Origin: Ginkgo biloba
Taxonomy: Eukaryota; Plantae; Ginkgophyta
DNA length: 20,888 bases
Reading direction: 5' to 3'
Assembly (NCBI GenBank): GCA_024626585.2
Contig: JANKJI020000004.1
Span: 170,164,684-170,185,571, forward strand
Numbering within the stretch: the first letter of the stretch is position 1; each line of letters begins with the position of its first letter. Both the position numbers and the translations under genes were made by a program. Positions 10,496-20,888 of the stretch are shown in pieces. The notes below the pieces were generated by a model, which was given only the letters and a program-made list of their open reading frames with translations, was not told the origin of the DNA and made no database searches.

Positions 10496-10623
10496 AATGT
10501 CCTTATTGGATGCCTGAAGATTCCCTTGTCCTTTAAGGCTTGAATGAAAGTCGATAAATCTTTAGCAAACAACGGGTCCCAAACGTTGCTTCACTGAAGC
10601 GAGTTGCGAAAGAACCGTATTCC
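10496..10623 (-). CDS. Candidate 128-nt internal exon with an in-frame stop (NTVLSQLASVKQRLGPVVC*RFIDFHSSLKGQGNLQASNKDI)
   Basis: Strong TTTGCAG acceptor (AG at 10625-10624) and ATT|GTAAG donor (10495), with GC and CpG elevated over the flanks. The frame that ends in phase 0 has a single TAA at 10564-10562. The other two frames also contain stops. Confidence 0.65.
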
Positions 10624-11289
10624 CTGCAAATTGTGCTTTGAAAATCCATTTACAAAGAATAATGTGAATCCCTACTTGTTACATCAATAATCATAAATAA
10701 GATACTTTCTTAAATCATTTTAAAACCTTTTCTTTAGTTCTTTTTACTATTTTAGGATGTCCATTTTAAGCTTCTCCATAATTGCACATGCTTAGATCAA
10801 CAACTTGTACATGATTATTCTCTAAATCCCCTCTAGCAATTCAACCTAAAAGATAACTTGTGTTAGTTGATATCAAACTACTTAAGCGAAATAATATCAA
10901 AAAGAAAAATAAAATTCACTTATATAAGATTTCTTTCAATTTTTCTTTGATTATTACATTAATTTAATAATCATTTGTTCTTTGAGTTTTACTTCATATT
11001 ATATAAGATTTCACTTAAGTAGGGAGGTTGAATGATCTATAAAAAGGACATTCTAGTTTAGACCAATCCATTAAAATAGGAATGGAAAAATAAATAGATG
11101 CACTACTTCAATATCAATAATAAAGAGAAACAAAATCCATCGAAAGGGAAGCTTGAATCAAAGATCATGACTTTATTGTAAGTCATACAAAATAAGTTAC
11201 AAGTGAATTAATTACTAGTTATTCCACCATACAACAAGATAATATAGACAAAATAGATACTAAATTAGTTATTGAACCTTGCAAAAGAA

Positions 11290-11745
11290 TAATAAACACT
11301 AAAAATTCTAGACTAATGGATTCAAGATCTCAAAGTTGATTTTAATTATAAAGGCTTTAATGATGCATAATATATTTTTAAAGATGAAGAGGGGCATCCT
11401 CATTTAGTAGGAATATATTTGTAGAGCACATGATGTAGTTGGAAATCCTCTGATAAAATATAACAAATTACTAAGGTTATATAGAGAAATATTGTATGCC
11501 TCTAATGATCTTATGAATCTTAAGAAAAAAATCCTCTATCTAATGCAATAAAAGGCCAATTAATTCAACATTTTTGCACCATATTCTATTTTATGTATGT
11601 TACATTAGTAATGGAGGTTTTAGAGGAAGATTCCATCTTCAAGTTCATAGGTGGTTTATTTAGTCCAATATAGTAATATTTCTATTATTTAGATATTAAT
11701 TCATTAGACATAACTTTCAACATTACACTTAAAGATGAAAAAACA
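11290..11745 (+). pseudogene. Degenerate retrotransposon gag (capsid) domain
   Basis: KILD*WIQDLKVDFNYKGFNDA...KGQLIQHFCTIF...EEDSIFKFIGGLFSPI...LDINSLD resembles the Retrotrans_gag QxxxxxVxxY...KFxxGL signature. A weak Met-tRNA PBS-like TGATATCAAAC lies upstream at 10868. Confidence 0.6.
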
Positions 11746-12178
11746 CTACAAAATAAAGCTCTTTGTAATGCCCTTCTTATATACATGTGAAGAAATATAA
11801 AAGTAAATGTCTTTAAATAGATCTTCAAATACACCTCCTCCAAGAGGTTAGAGTTTATTCTAAGTATCTTAACTTTAAGGATGGGCTCATATGAGTATCA
11901 CACTCGATAGGGATGTAGTATAATTAACACTTTAAGGGGAATTAAAATCTTTCTCTTATATGGTGTTGCTCAAAATTTGTGTACCGAAGGGATATAATTA
12001 TTATTGATTGAAATGCCCTTGGTTAAGGGTATCATAAAAAATTTAATAGGCACAAGAGATAAACTCCCTCTAATATTANNNNNNNNNNNNNNNNNNNNNN
12101 NNNNNNNNNNNNNNNNNNNNNNNNNNNNNNNNNNNNNNNNNNNNNNNNNNNNNNNNNNNNNNNNNNNNNNNNNNNNNN

Positions 12179-13860
12179 CATATTGAACATCTCAAAATAT
12201 TTTTTGAGAGATAAAAGAGTTTTGACATTTCTCTTTATCCTAAGAAGACAATCTTGGGGTTAACTGAAGGGAAACTGTTGGGGCACATTATCACCAAGGA
12301 AGGAACATGCATAGATCCTAAAATATATAAAGTAATTTAATATATACAATTTCCATACAATAAAAGGTTCATCTATTATTTCCTAGGAAATATCAATTTT
12401 GTGATGAGGTTTATACATGATTTTTACCACATTGTATGTCCAATTAATCATCTATTGAAGAAATATGTAGAATTTAAATGGAATAAATAAGATAAATAAT
12501 ATTTTTGAAAAATAAAGGATACTCTTACAATACCCCCAGTGCTCATAACACCTAATTTCAAAAAATATTTCATCATTTACTCACATGCTTCAGAGAAAGA
12601 ATTAGTTTTAACACGTTTTGAAAAAATATGATAATGGACATTAGGACCATATTTCCTTCATGAATAAGGTATTGAAGGACTATGAATTATAGTACTCATA
12701 TGTTGAAAGGAAATCATATTCCTCTGTTAAAGCTATCAAGGATATTAGACCATATATATTGATGAATCATATTGTGGATTATATGCCATTATCCCCTATT
12801 AAGTTTATATTGAATCAATAGGAGTTGAGTGGAAAATGGGCTAATTAGGTCATAAGGATCCAAGATTATGATTTAGACATGAAGATATCTAGAATTATCA
12901 AGGTCAAGGTTTATGAAAATTGGTAGCTGATTCTCTCATAGAGGTATTCCCCAACGAAGAAGATGGAAGTGTGACATATGATAAAATCAACATTGTGCCA
13001 TCATATCAAAGATTCAATTATCAAGAAATCATCTTCTACTTGAATAATGGTATTTGTCCCAAAGGAGTAACTAGAAAATAAAAGAGAACTTTGAAGTTGA
13101 GAGTTGTTAAGTTCATTCTATTTGACGAGATACTTTTTAGTTGATGCTCTGATGGTATACTTTTAAGATTCCTCAAATTAGATAAATCACAAAGAGTGTT
13201 GAATTAATTCCATTCAAGAGTGTTTGGGGAGCATTATACCTCTAAAACTACTAGTTATAGGATTCTTCGATAAGGATAATATTGGCCCAGTTTATTTTTA
13301 GATGTCTTCAAGATGATTTGATCATGCATAACATGTAAGAGGTTTAAAAGGAGGGAGAATTTGATCTATATGCCTTTTCTCCCAATTGTTGTCAATGAAC
13401 ATTTTACTTAGTGGGATCTAGATTTTATGGGACCTATAAATCCACCTTTAAGAAAAGGGCTTGTATATATCTTGAAAACCATTGATTCTTTCACCAAATA
13501 GGCAGAAGTTATTCCTTTGAAGAAGGAAACTTATAAATAAGTTATTCAATTCTTGGAATGAAATATTCTGTCATATTTTGGGGTTCTTAACCAAATTATA
13601 TCAAATAATAAAATTTTACTTATGTTAGCAAAAATGATTAATTTATGTAGTACCTAAATAATATTACTAACTCCATCCTTCAAGTTTTATCCTGAGGGNN
13701 NNNNNNNNCAGAGTTAAATAATAAATATTCTAAGGAGGTTGGTGAAATATAATTAGTGTGATTGGAACACCAAATTGTACTTGGCTCTATGGGAAGTTAG
13801 AATCACTCTAAAGGATGGTATTATATGTTCACTATATGCTATTATATATGGTTTTACCAA
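12179..13860 (+). mobile_element. Ty3/Gypsy (Tat-like) pol remnant: RT C-terminus, RNase H, integrase
   Basis: RT: HIEHLKIFFER...EGKLLGHIITKEGTCIDP...FLGNINFVMRFI. RNase H: YSHASE...YSYVERKSY...RIQDYDLDMK. Integrase Zn finger and core: FHSRVFGEHY...YWPSLF...CITC, WDLDFMGPINP, IDSFTK*AEVIPL, DWNTKLYLALW. Numerous stops. No aRH between RH and INT. Confidence 0.95.
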
Positions 13861-14040
13861 TTAACCTCTAGATTTTAGCATTTAAGATGGCATTGTAAGA
13901 AAGTGATGAAGGTTCAAGAAATGACCCTATTAAAAGACANNNNNNNNNNNNNNNNNNNNNNNNNNNNNNNNNNNNNNNNNNNNNNNNNNNNNNNNNNNNN
14001 NNNNNNNNNNNNNNNNNNNNNNNNNNNNNNNNNNNNNNNA

Positions 14041-14650
14041 GGTTCACCTAATTAAAAATATGCCCTTTATTAGAAGCATGATAAATTAGGTATACCATGT
14101 AGTGATACACCTTCATAGTGTTATTTTCTCCCAACACTTTACTCAATAATGAAATTGTATCTTTATATTATCTTTCTAATTTTCCTATCTCATACCAAGG
14201 TTTATTTGAAGGATTTGTGACTAGATCATCTCTTCAAGAGTTGATCAATTATGATATTTGAGCATTCTTCTGATAAAATTCCTCTTCTTTCTCAAAATAA
14301 AAGTAATCTTTCAAGGTAGGAAACTCTAGATTTTTATGAAAGAATTTAGGAATTAGAGGACACAACATCTATCCTCTAGTAGTGATTATCACTCTTCTAA
14401 CTAGGTGAAATATATTTTCTATCCATTTTATCAACTATCGATAGGGCATAACGTATGGGATAAACATTTATTATACCAAACCAAACCTCTATAATAGATC
14501 ATTTTCTCTCCTTTCCTTCATTATATGGGTAATAACTTCATACATGATCCTAAATTTAGCTCAACATGTATCTTGGGTATCCTAGATTTTAACTATCGAA
14601 GCAACCTTAGATGCTTGAACCCTTTCTCCTCTTACACTCCTTTTGGCCAT
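14041..14650 (-). pseudogene. Degenerate antisense extra ORF in the 3' region of the Tat-like element
   Basis: ATG at 14650: MAKRSVRGERVQASKVAS...LIKWIENIFHLVRRVIITTRG*MLCPLIPKFFHKNLEFP...PWYEIGKLER*YKDTISLLSKVLGENN...YMVYLIYHASNKGHIFN*VN. It is mostly one frame and runs into the N gap. It lies 3' of and antisense to the integrase, which is where Tat extra ORFs are known to sit. Confidence 0.6.
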
Positions 14651-15694
14651 GATTAATAAGATGAGAAAAATATTGTGCTATTGACTAATGCCCAATATAT
14701 AACAGGTTCAAACTCCTATTTTTTTTTTCTCTATTTGTGTTCAAATTCATAGACTATATTATAACAAATTATTGAATTTATAAAAGAAAATTCTATATAA
14801 CTTTACTAATAAATATGCCACTTCCATTTAATTTGTAAGACACTAATTCACCACCTTGGGGTATTAATTCTAGGTCGTGCCAATAACTTAACTTGAGGTA
14901 TGGGATGATTCTCTTTCTTGGGATGGAAAACTATGTGAGGTAATCATTAGATAAGATGATCATCAATATTATACTACCATGTGTATTGGTTTTAAAATCT
15001 ATGGCCCCCATCTCCCTCCACCTTATCGCACTTCAAATGCTTAGAGAAATGACCATACCAAGTCAAGGACAACCATTCACCATAACCAAAGAGCTTGATA
15101 TCTAATTAATTCTAAATTATTCTTTTTCAAATCCATGGAACTCGAGGAAAGAAAATATACCCTACGAAACATAAGGTTCATCCTCAAAACTTTGATTTCC
15201 TAAGTCATTAATGAAAGTAGATCCAAATATGTTATCGATAAAAGAATATAATTTGGTCAGGTTCATAGTCCCAAGCCATCATATAACTTGAATTTAAGAA
15301 GTCTCTAACCTCTAAAATTTGATCAAAGTAACATGATTCTCTTTTATGGAAACGATACTTAGATTGTGTATATTTAACTCCTGAATTGGTTCTATGAGTT
15401 GACTTCAAATTTTTGGGGTTTTATGAATGAATACCATCATTTCCATTTTGTATATTTAGAACTACATGATGTACCCGTTTGGTGTTGAGGATTTGATGTC
15501 AGTATTTAGTGAAAATTAGTTGATCAAATCCATAGGGGTAATCTTCTTTCTTCTTTTTTTGTACTCTTTGTCTTGGAAAATAGTCTCTTTGGCCAATTTG
15601 TATAGTCTATATAGACTCTCGATGAAGAAAAAAACTCCATCATCTTTCTACATATGGTTTCCTCTATACTACATTTTCATATGCGCTTGGGATG

Positions 15695-15737
15695 CACACT
15701 TGCATGGTACCATGTAAGTGCGACACACTTACATGGT
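15695..15737. repeat. Three alternating-orientation copies of CACTT(G/A)CATGGT
   Basis: cacttgcatggt at 15697-15708, inverted accatgtaagtg at 15709-15720, and cacttacatggt at 15726-15737. Confidence 0.85.
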
Positions 15738-16339
15738 GCTAACTATAATGCACCAAAAACTAAAGCTGGGAGAAATTTGCTTGTGCACTGAATGCATGAA
15801 TCTTGAGATTTCCTCCGTATTACTCTATGAACCTATCAAATCAATCTGCATATAATATAAAATCTATCCTAAGAATCCAATTTGATTTGCACACTATGAT
15901 CTATNNNNNNNNNNNNNNNNNNNNNNNNNNNNNNNNNNNNNNNNNNNNNNNNNNNNNNNNNNNNNNNNNNNNNNNNNNNNNNNNNNNNNNNNNNNNNNNN
16001 NNNNTAGATGTTATGTGACAAATGTTCATTTTCATATAAAACTTGAGCGATGTTGATATTTAGTTTAAATTTTAATTTTGTTCATTTTGAATTCCATCCC
16101 ATGTTCTGGACTAGTGCTATTATTGATAACGTTAATCATATGTCATTGCATTTTGGATATATATTGAGCATTGTTGTTATATTCCTAATATAATATATTC
16201 TAACCTATGATAAATATTATCCTTGTGGTTTTTCTCCTTTTATTTTTATGCATATTNNNNNNNNNNNNNNNNNNNNTCAAGAGCTCGTTATTCTAAAGAA
16301 TTGATTTATGAGAAGGAGTTGCCTGGATATTTTATTAAA

Positions 16340-16930
16340 GAAGAATATGCTTTCTAATATTACTACTCTAGTAAAAAATCATGATTTAATTAAATAATTC
16401 ACCGCCATAAATAGGGATGAGAAGGAATCTATTAGTAATTTTAATATTCGATTCAACTAACTCATGAGCAATATTCCATCTTGGTTATACTCTGTATATG
16501 ATATATGTTTTTGTTTCTGCATGCAATCTTTAGATGTAGAGATGGGATATAATATTAAAGATAAATACATGAATAATTTGATTGATGTAATGAGAAAAAA
16601 ACAAGTAAAAGAAAATAATCTTATTGAGTTTGGTAAGATCAATCTTCCTTAATTCATTTTCATCAAGACAGACAAGATTAGTAGGGATTGAATATCTGAA
16701 GCTCCAAAAACTTTAAAGTTAATTCAAGGCCTCAATAATGAGATAACTTGTTTAAATAGGAAATTTAGAGAAGGCAGAAGGATATTATATGAACCAAAAT
16801 AAAACTAATTCCAATATTAAGGTCACTAATCTCCTCTAAGGTTACCTATACCTCCTACTAGTGATGAATTATTGTGTTATTGTAAGTTCTACCAAGAAGA
16901 TCATCCACATGAATCTTGCCTAAAATTTTT
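16340..16930 (+). pseudogene. gag remnant with Zn-knuckle-like motif
   Basis: LIK*FTAINRDEKESISNFNIRFN*LMSNIP...LDVEMGYNIKDK...ENNLIEFGKI, then CYCKFYQEDHPHESCLKF at ~16873-16926. Confidence 0.75.
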
Positions 16931-17927
16931 GAGGTTCCAATAATTTTCAATGTAATTTATGAAGAAATTATAAGATGAATTCACTTCTCATGCTAATTCC
17001 ATATCTGTAGTAAGTTGGACCCATCCCAATATGGTCAATTTATAAGGAGAAAATGATGAAGAGGTCTTGGGAGAAATGGTTGGTCAGAACAACAAAAAAA
17101 ACGTGCCCAACTTGGGCAGGAGCCAAAGCAATGCAGCAAGAAAACCACAAAAGGGATGGACGGGGCACCATTTGCAAGTTGATAAGTTGAGAAGCAGAGT
17201 CCCCTATGACGTTCTTTCATAATAGAGTTGCTCGCCCAACACCAAGCAATCCTCCACAACCTCCTCCCTCCATGATGAAACTCCCTCGCTTCCCTGCAAN
17301 NNNNNNNNNNNNNNNNNNNNNNNNNNNNNNNNNNNNNNNNNNNNNNNNNNNNNNNNNNNNNNNNNNNNNNNNNNNNNNNNNNNNNNNNNNNNNNNNNNNN
17401 NNNNNNNNNNNNNNNNNNNNNNNNNNNNNNNNNNNNNNNNNNNNNNNNNNNNNNNNNNNNNNNNNNNNNNNNNNNNNNNNNNNNNNNNNNNNNNNNNNNN
17501 NNNNNNNNNNNNNNNNNNNNNNNNNNNNNNNNNNNNNNNNNNNNNNNNNNNNNNNNNNNNNNNNNNNNNNNNNNNNNNNNNNNNNNNNNNNNNNNNNNNN
17601 NNNNNNNNNNNNNNNNNNNNNNNNNNNNNNNNNNNNNNNNNNNNNNNNNNNNNNNNNNNNNNNNNNNNNNNNNNNNNNNNNNNNNNNNNNNNNNNNNNNN
17701 NNNNNNNNNNNNNNNNNNNNNNNNNNNNNNNNNNNNNNNNNNNNNNNNNNNNNNNNNNNNNNNNNNNNNNNNNNNNNNNAATAATAGGTTCATATCGAAG
17801 ATATAGATAATACCAAATATAAAATCTATTTCATTGAGATCAGACCAAGAACTTATGCCATTTTGACCACTTTAGAACCTAAAGAGGATAAAATCCCTCT
17901 AAAGGGACATAAATAGGTGGATTTAGT

Positions 17928-18307
17928 ATATGGACCATGCATTTTAATGGATATTGATTTATATTAGGTGTTGGTACTAGAATCATCCTTGAGACACATT
18001 CAGGTAAAGTTCTTCCCTTTTTATACTAACTAGAATTTGATTATACCAACAACATAGAAAAATATGAAGCTCTAATTCATGGACTAAGACAAGTTAGAGA
18101 TATCATGGTCAGGACCCTAAGAGTATTTGGAGAGTTGAAATTAGTGATTATTCAATTTTGTAGCATGTGCGTGCTACCAAGAATGATAGGCTTAAGTAGT
18201 ATAGACATCAAGTGTGGGACTTAATTAGCCACTTTGAATCCTTTTCAATCAATTTTATTCCAAGAGAGAAAAATTACTTGTCCAAATCACTAGTAGTCTT
18301 TGCTTCA
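17928..18307 (+). pseudogene. Additional archaeal/plant-type RNase HI domain (aRH) upstream of RT
   Basis: IWTMHFNG...GVGTRIILETHSG...LEFDYTNNIEKYEALIHGL...LRVFGELKLVIIQ...FIPREKNYLSKSL matches the RNase HI consensus WxxxFDG / TNNxAEYEALxxGL / GDSxLV / PRxxNxxADxL. Confidence 0.92.
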
Positions 18308-18659
18308 TTATTCTCTCATCATCCTTTCCTCTCTTATGGGAATATTCAATGGATATTTTAATAAGAACTTCCATCCCTGATAATGTAATACACTAGCAAG
18401 TATTCAAAGATGATGATAAAATTCTAAGATTCCTTTAGAGAGAATAATAATTTAAAGGATATTCTATTGAAGATGAGAATCCTCATGATGAATTCCTTAT
18501 AAATCAATCAACAAATAATGAAGGAGTTATTTAGCTAAGAGACAATAAGATTCCTAAAGGATTTATGATTTTAGAATCTATTTTAAATCTAGATGATATG
18601 CCTCATCTAGGATTAAAATTAGGAGAGTCATCCAATCATGATGTGTAATAGACTCTCTA

Positions 18660-19681
18660 GATAAACATTGGCTCTAAGGATAAGTTGAAGATCATCCACA
18701 TTGGAAAATATTGCACTAAACACAAAATATTAGAGATAACATATTTGTGTAAAGAATTTAAAGATGTATTTTCTGAGTCATATGATGATCTTAAACTTTT
18801 TAGTCCTAAGGTGATCCATCATAATATCCCATTGAATCCTAGGGTGAAACTGGTCAAGAAAAAATAGAGACCAATTAGACTCAAATTGGAGGATATGATT
18901 TGGAGAGAATTGTAGAATATTTTTACTGATGGAATTATTTTTCTAGTATGTTATTCCACATGGGTATAAAATTTGGTCCTAGTCTGAAAGAAGAATGGAG
19001 ATATTTGTCTTTGTGTGAATTTTTAAAATTTGAATAAAGAGTCATTAAAGGATAATTATCCTTTACCAAGGATGGATGAATTGTTGTAGATGGTAAATGG
19101 ATATGAAATGATGCCCATGTTGGACAGATTCTTGAGTTATAATAAAGTGTTGGTTGTAAAAGAGGATAGGCATAAGATAACTTTCACCACCCTTTGGGAA
19201 AATTTCACTTAGAGGAGAATGTCATTGAGATTGATCAATGTCGGGGAAACATTTCAAATGGTGATGGACTTCCCATTCAATGAATCGATTGACAAAGTCA
19301 TGGTGATCTACTTGGATGACCTCACTATATTTTCTAAAGATAGAGAAGATAACATTAAACACTTAAGGTATTGATTTTTAAAAGGTATCAAATTTTTGGC
19401 TATCTCTTAACCTAGATAAGTCCAATTTTGGGTTGAATGAGGGAAGGTTTCTTGGACATGTTGTTTCCAAGAAAGGTGCATGTATTGATCCTAAAAGAGT
19501 CAAGGTGATTCACTAGTTTCCTTTACACAATTTTGGATTGAATAAGGGAAGGTTTCTTGGGCATGTTATTTCCAAGTAAGGTGTATGTATTGATTGTAAG
19601 AGAGTGAAGGAGATTCACTAGTTTCCTTTACCTTATAATAAGAAAATTTTTCAATCTTTGTTTGGAAAGATTAATTTTGTT
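18660..19681 (+). pseudogene. Reverse transcriptase remnant
   Basis: KKNGDICLCVNFLNLNKESLKDNYPLPRMD, MLDRFLSYNKV, TFTTLWENF..RRMSLRLINVGETFQ, VIYLDDLTIFSK and EGRFLGHVVSK, with stops and frameshifts. Confidence 0.95.
19423..19632. repeat. 105-bp tandem duplication within RT
   Basis: Units 19423-19527 and 19528-19632 differ at about 12 of 105 positions by manual count, with no indels. Confidence 0.95.
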
Positions 19682-19781
19682 NNNNNNNNNNNNNNNNNNN
19701 NNNNNNNNNNNNNNNNNNNNNNNNNNNNNNNNNNNNNNNNNNNNNNNNNNNNNNNNNNNNNNNNNNNNNNNNNNNNNNNNN

Positions 19782-20270
19782 TTACTTCAAAGTTTTTAAC
19801 CACTACAAGGAAGAGATCACAAACTCTTGCCACATGTCATCATCTTATAGCCTGCACAATAACTCCACAATAGTTGTGAAAATAATCCTTTTATAAAAAA
19901 TTAAAGGAACTAATGCGACAAACTCTAGTGAAACAAATATTTCTCTTTGTTAAAATAAACAACATTTTATACCACTCTGTTAAATTCATGTCAAAAAATT
20001 TATTCCTAAGGAAATTTTAAATACTTATAGTGTTGTGGGATTTTAAGATATCACATAAAGGTGAATTAACCAAAAGAGGGAATTCACTCAAACTCAAAGG
20101 ATTAAATAAACATTCCCAATAGTTATAATTATATCCTAGGTGGTAGAATAGTATAAAAACACAAACAAAACCCTTAGACTTCTTGCGACATTTGAGAAGA
20201 CCAATTTGAGTTTTAAAATTTCTCTAGATGCCTTAAAACTTATTCAGAAAAAGGGGGTCATAATTTACCA
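19782..20270 (-). mobile_element. Nested antisense LTR-retrotransposon 5' end: ~293-bp LTR (19978-20270) plus Met-tRNA-like PBS (19963-19974)
   Basis: The segment has TG...CA ends with imperfect terminal inverted repeats (TGTTAAATTCATG vs TGGTAAATT-ATG). On the - strand the LTR end ...ttaaca is followed after 3 nt by TGGTATAAAATG (cf. TGGTATCAGAGC). Host integrase-region coding resumes at ~20271. Confidence 0.6.
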
Positions 20271-20888
20271 ACTATTTATAGAATTATGTGTGCCCAGATG
20301 GACTAATAAGGAAGAAAAAATGGCATTAAAGATAAAATTCATTAAGCATGCTTTAGTGGATGGCATACCTTTTTAGAGAAATTACAATGGCTTATTATTA
20401 AGGTGCCTTGATTTTGACCAAGCTCAACAAGTTTTGACAGAGTTTCATTTAGGAGTGTGTTGTGGGAATTATACTTCATAAAATATCACCCAAATAATCC
20501 TATGAGTAGGATACTATTATCATACCTTATGAAAAGATTCCTTTAAGTTGTTCAAATATTTTATATCATGCCAAAACTTTTCTATGAAAGAAAAGATTCC
20601 ATCCATGCCACTTTATCCAATCTTTGTAAACAATCCATTCATGCAATAGGTTTTGGACTTTATAGGCTCAATCAACCTAGCACCAAGTAAAGGAAATATC
20701 TATATTCTAACATCCATAGATTATTTTATCATATGATAAGAGTAAGTCCCCTTAAATAAGGCCAATTCTGTCCGAGTCATCAAATTTATTAAACATAACA
20801 TCCTCATAAAATTCAGAGTGCCAAATCAACTAATCTAAAATAATAGAAAGGCCTTTGTATTAGTGGAGATAATTGAGTTTTAATAGTT
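20271..20888 (+). pseudogene. Integrase remnant (Zn finger and start of core)
   Basis: GLLLRCLDFDQAQQVLTEFHLGVCCGNY...GYYYHTL...SCQNF...MPLYPIFVNNPFMQ*VLDFIGSINL...YILTSIDYF, collinear with ~13030-13650. Confidence 0.93.

Larger units (their letters stand above)
16340..20888 (+). mobile_element. Ty3/Gypsy Tat-type element with domain order gag-(protease presumably in gap)-aRH-RT-(gap/insertion)-INT
   Basis: The gag, extra RNase H, RT (YLDD at 19309-19320) and integrase remnants are collinear on the + strand (see sub-features). The element runs off the window end. Continuity across the N gaps is assumed. Confidence 0.9.

Noticed and set aside
10585-10602. In-frame TGA inside a small palindrome (GCTTCAGTGAAGC) as selenocysteine recoding
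   Set aside because: Land plants lack the Sec machinery, no SECIS is evident, and another frame fits the exon phases better.
10677-10878. 5' LTR for the gag at 11290
   Set aside because: Only a weak PBS-like match (8/11), with no convincing terminal inverted repeats or partner LTR.
17158-17180. Minus-strand TGGTGCCCCGTCC after ...TGCA as a PBS of another nested element
   Set aside because: I cannot match it to a plant tRNA 3' end, and the region reads acceptably as gag-protease linker.
1332-19873. ORF-track entries dominated by X
   Set aside because: These are artefacts of translating through N gaps. Many gaps are exactly 100 N and are probably of unknown size.

Overview
AT-rich, gap-ridden eukaryotic scaffold, almost certainly from a large plant genome. 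A gymnosperm is my inference, based on the Tat-type elements that carry an extra RNase H upstream of RT. Most of the window is decayed Ty3/Gypsy LTR-retrotransposon sequence. On the - strand are two tandem diverged integrase copies (the second also with RNase H), each followed by an 84-bp repeat array, plus a probable 3' extra ORF (1-5210). On the + strand are a gag remnant, a Tat-like RT-RH-INT with an antisense extra ORF (11290-14650), and a Tat-like gag-aRH-RT-INT element interrupted by a nested antisense LTR (16340-20888). Between these blocks lies a more CpG-retaining segment. It holds three candidate spliceosomal exons of an unidentified - strand gene (10496-10623, 9858-9902, 6969-7250), one with a premature stop, and directly downstream a degenerate, intron-containing ULP1/C48 SUMO-protease-like remnant (5444-6880). 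I found no intact protein-coding gene, RNA gene or CRISPR array, and no convincing new biological system. The best leads are the ULP1-like remnant, the stop-containing gene, and the accessory ORFs and repeats of the retrotransposons. All translations and alignments were done by eye.
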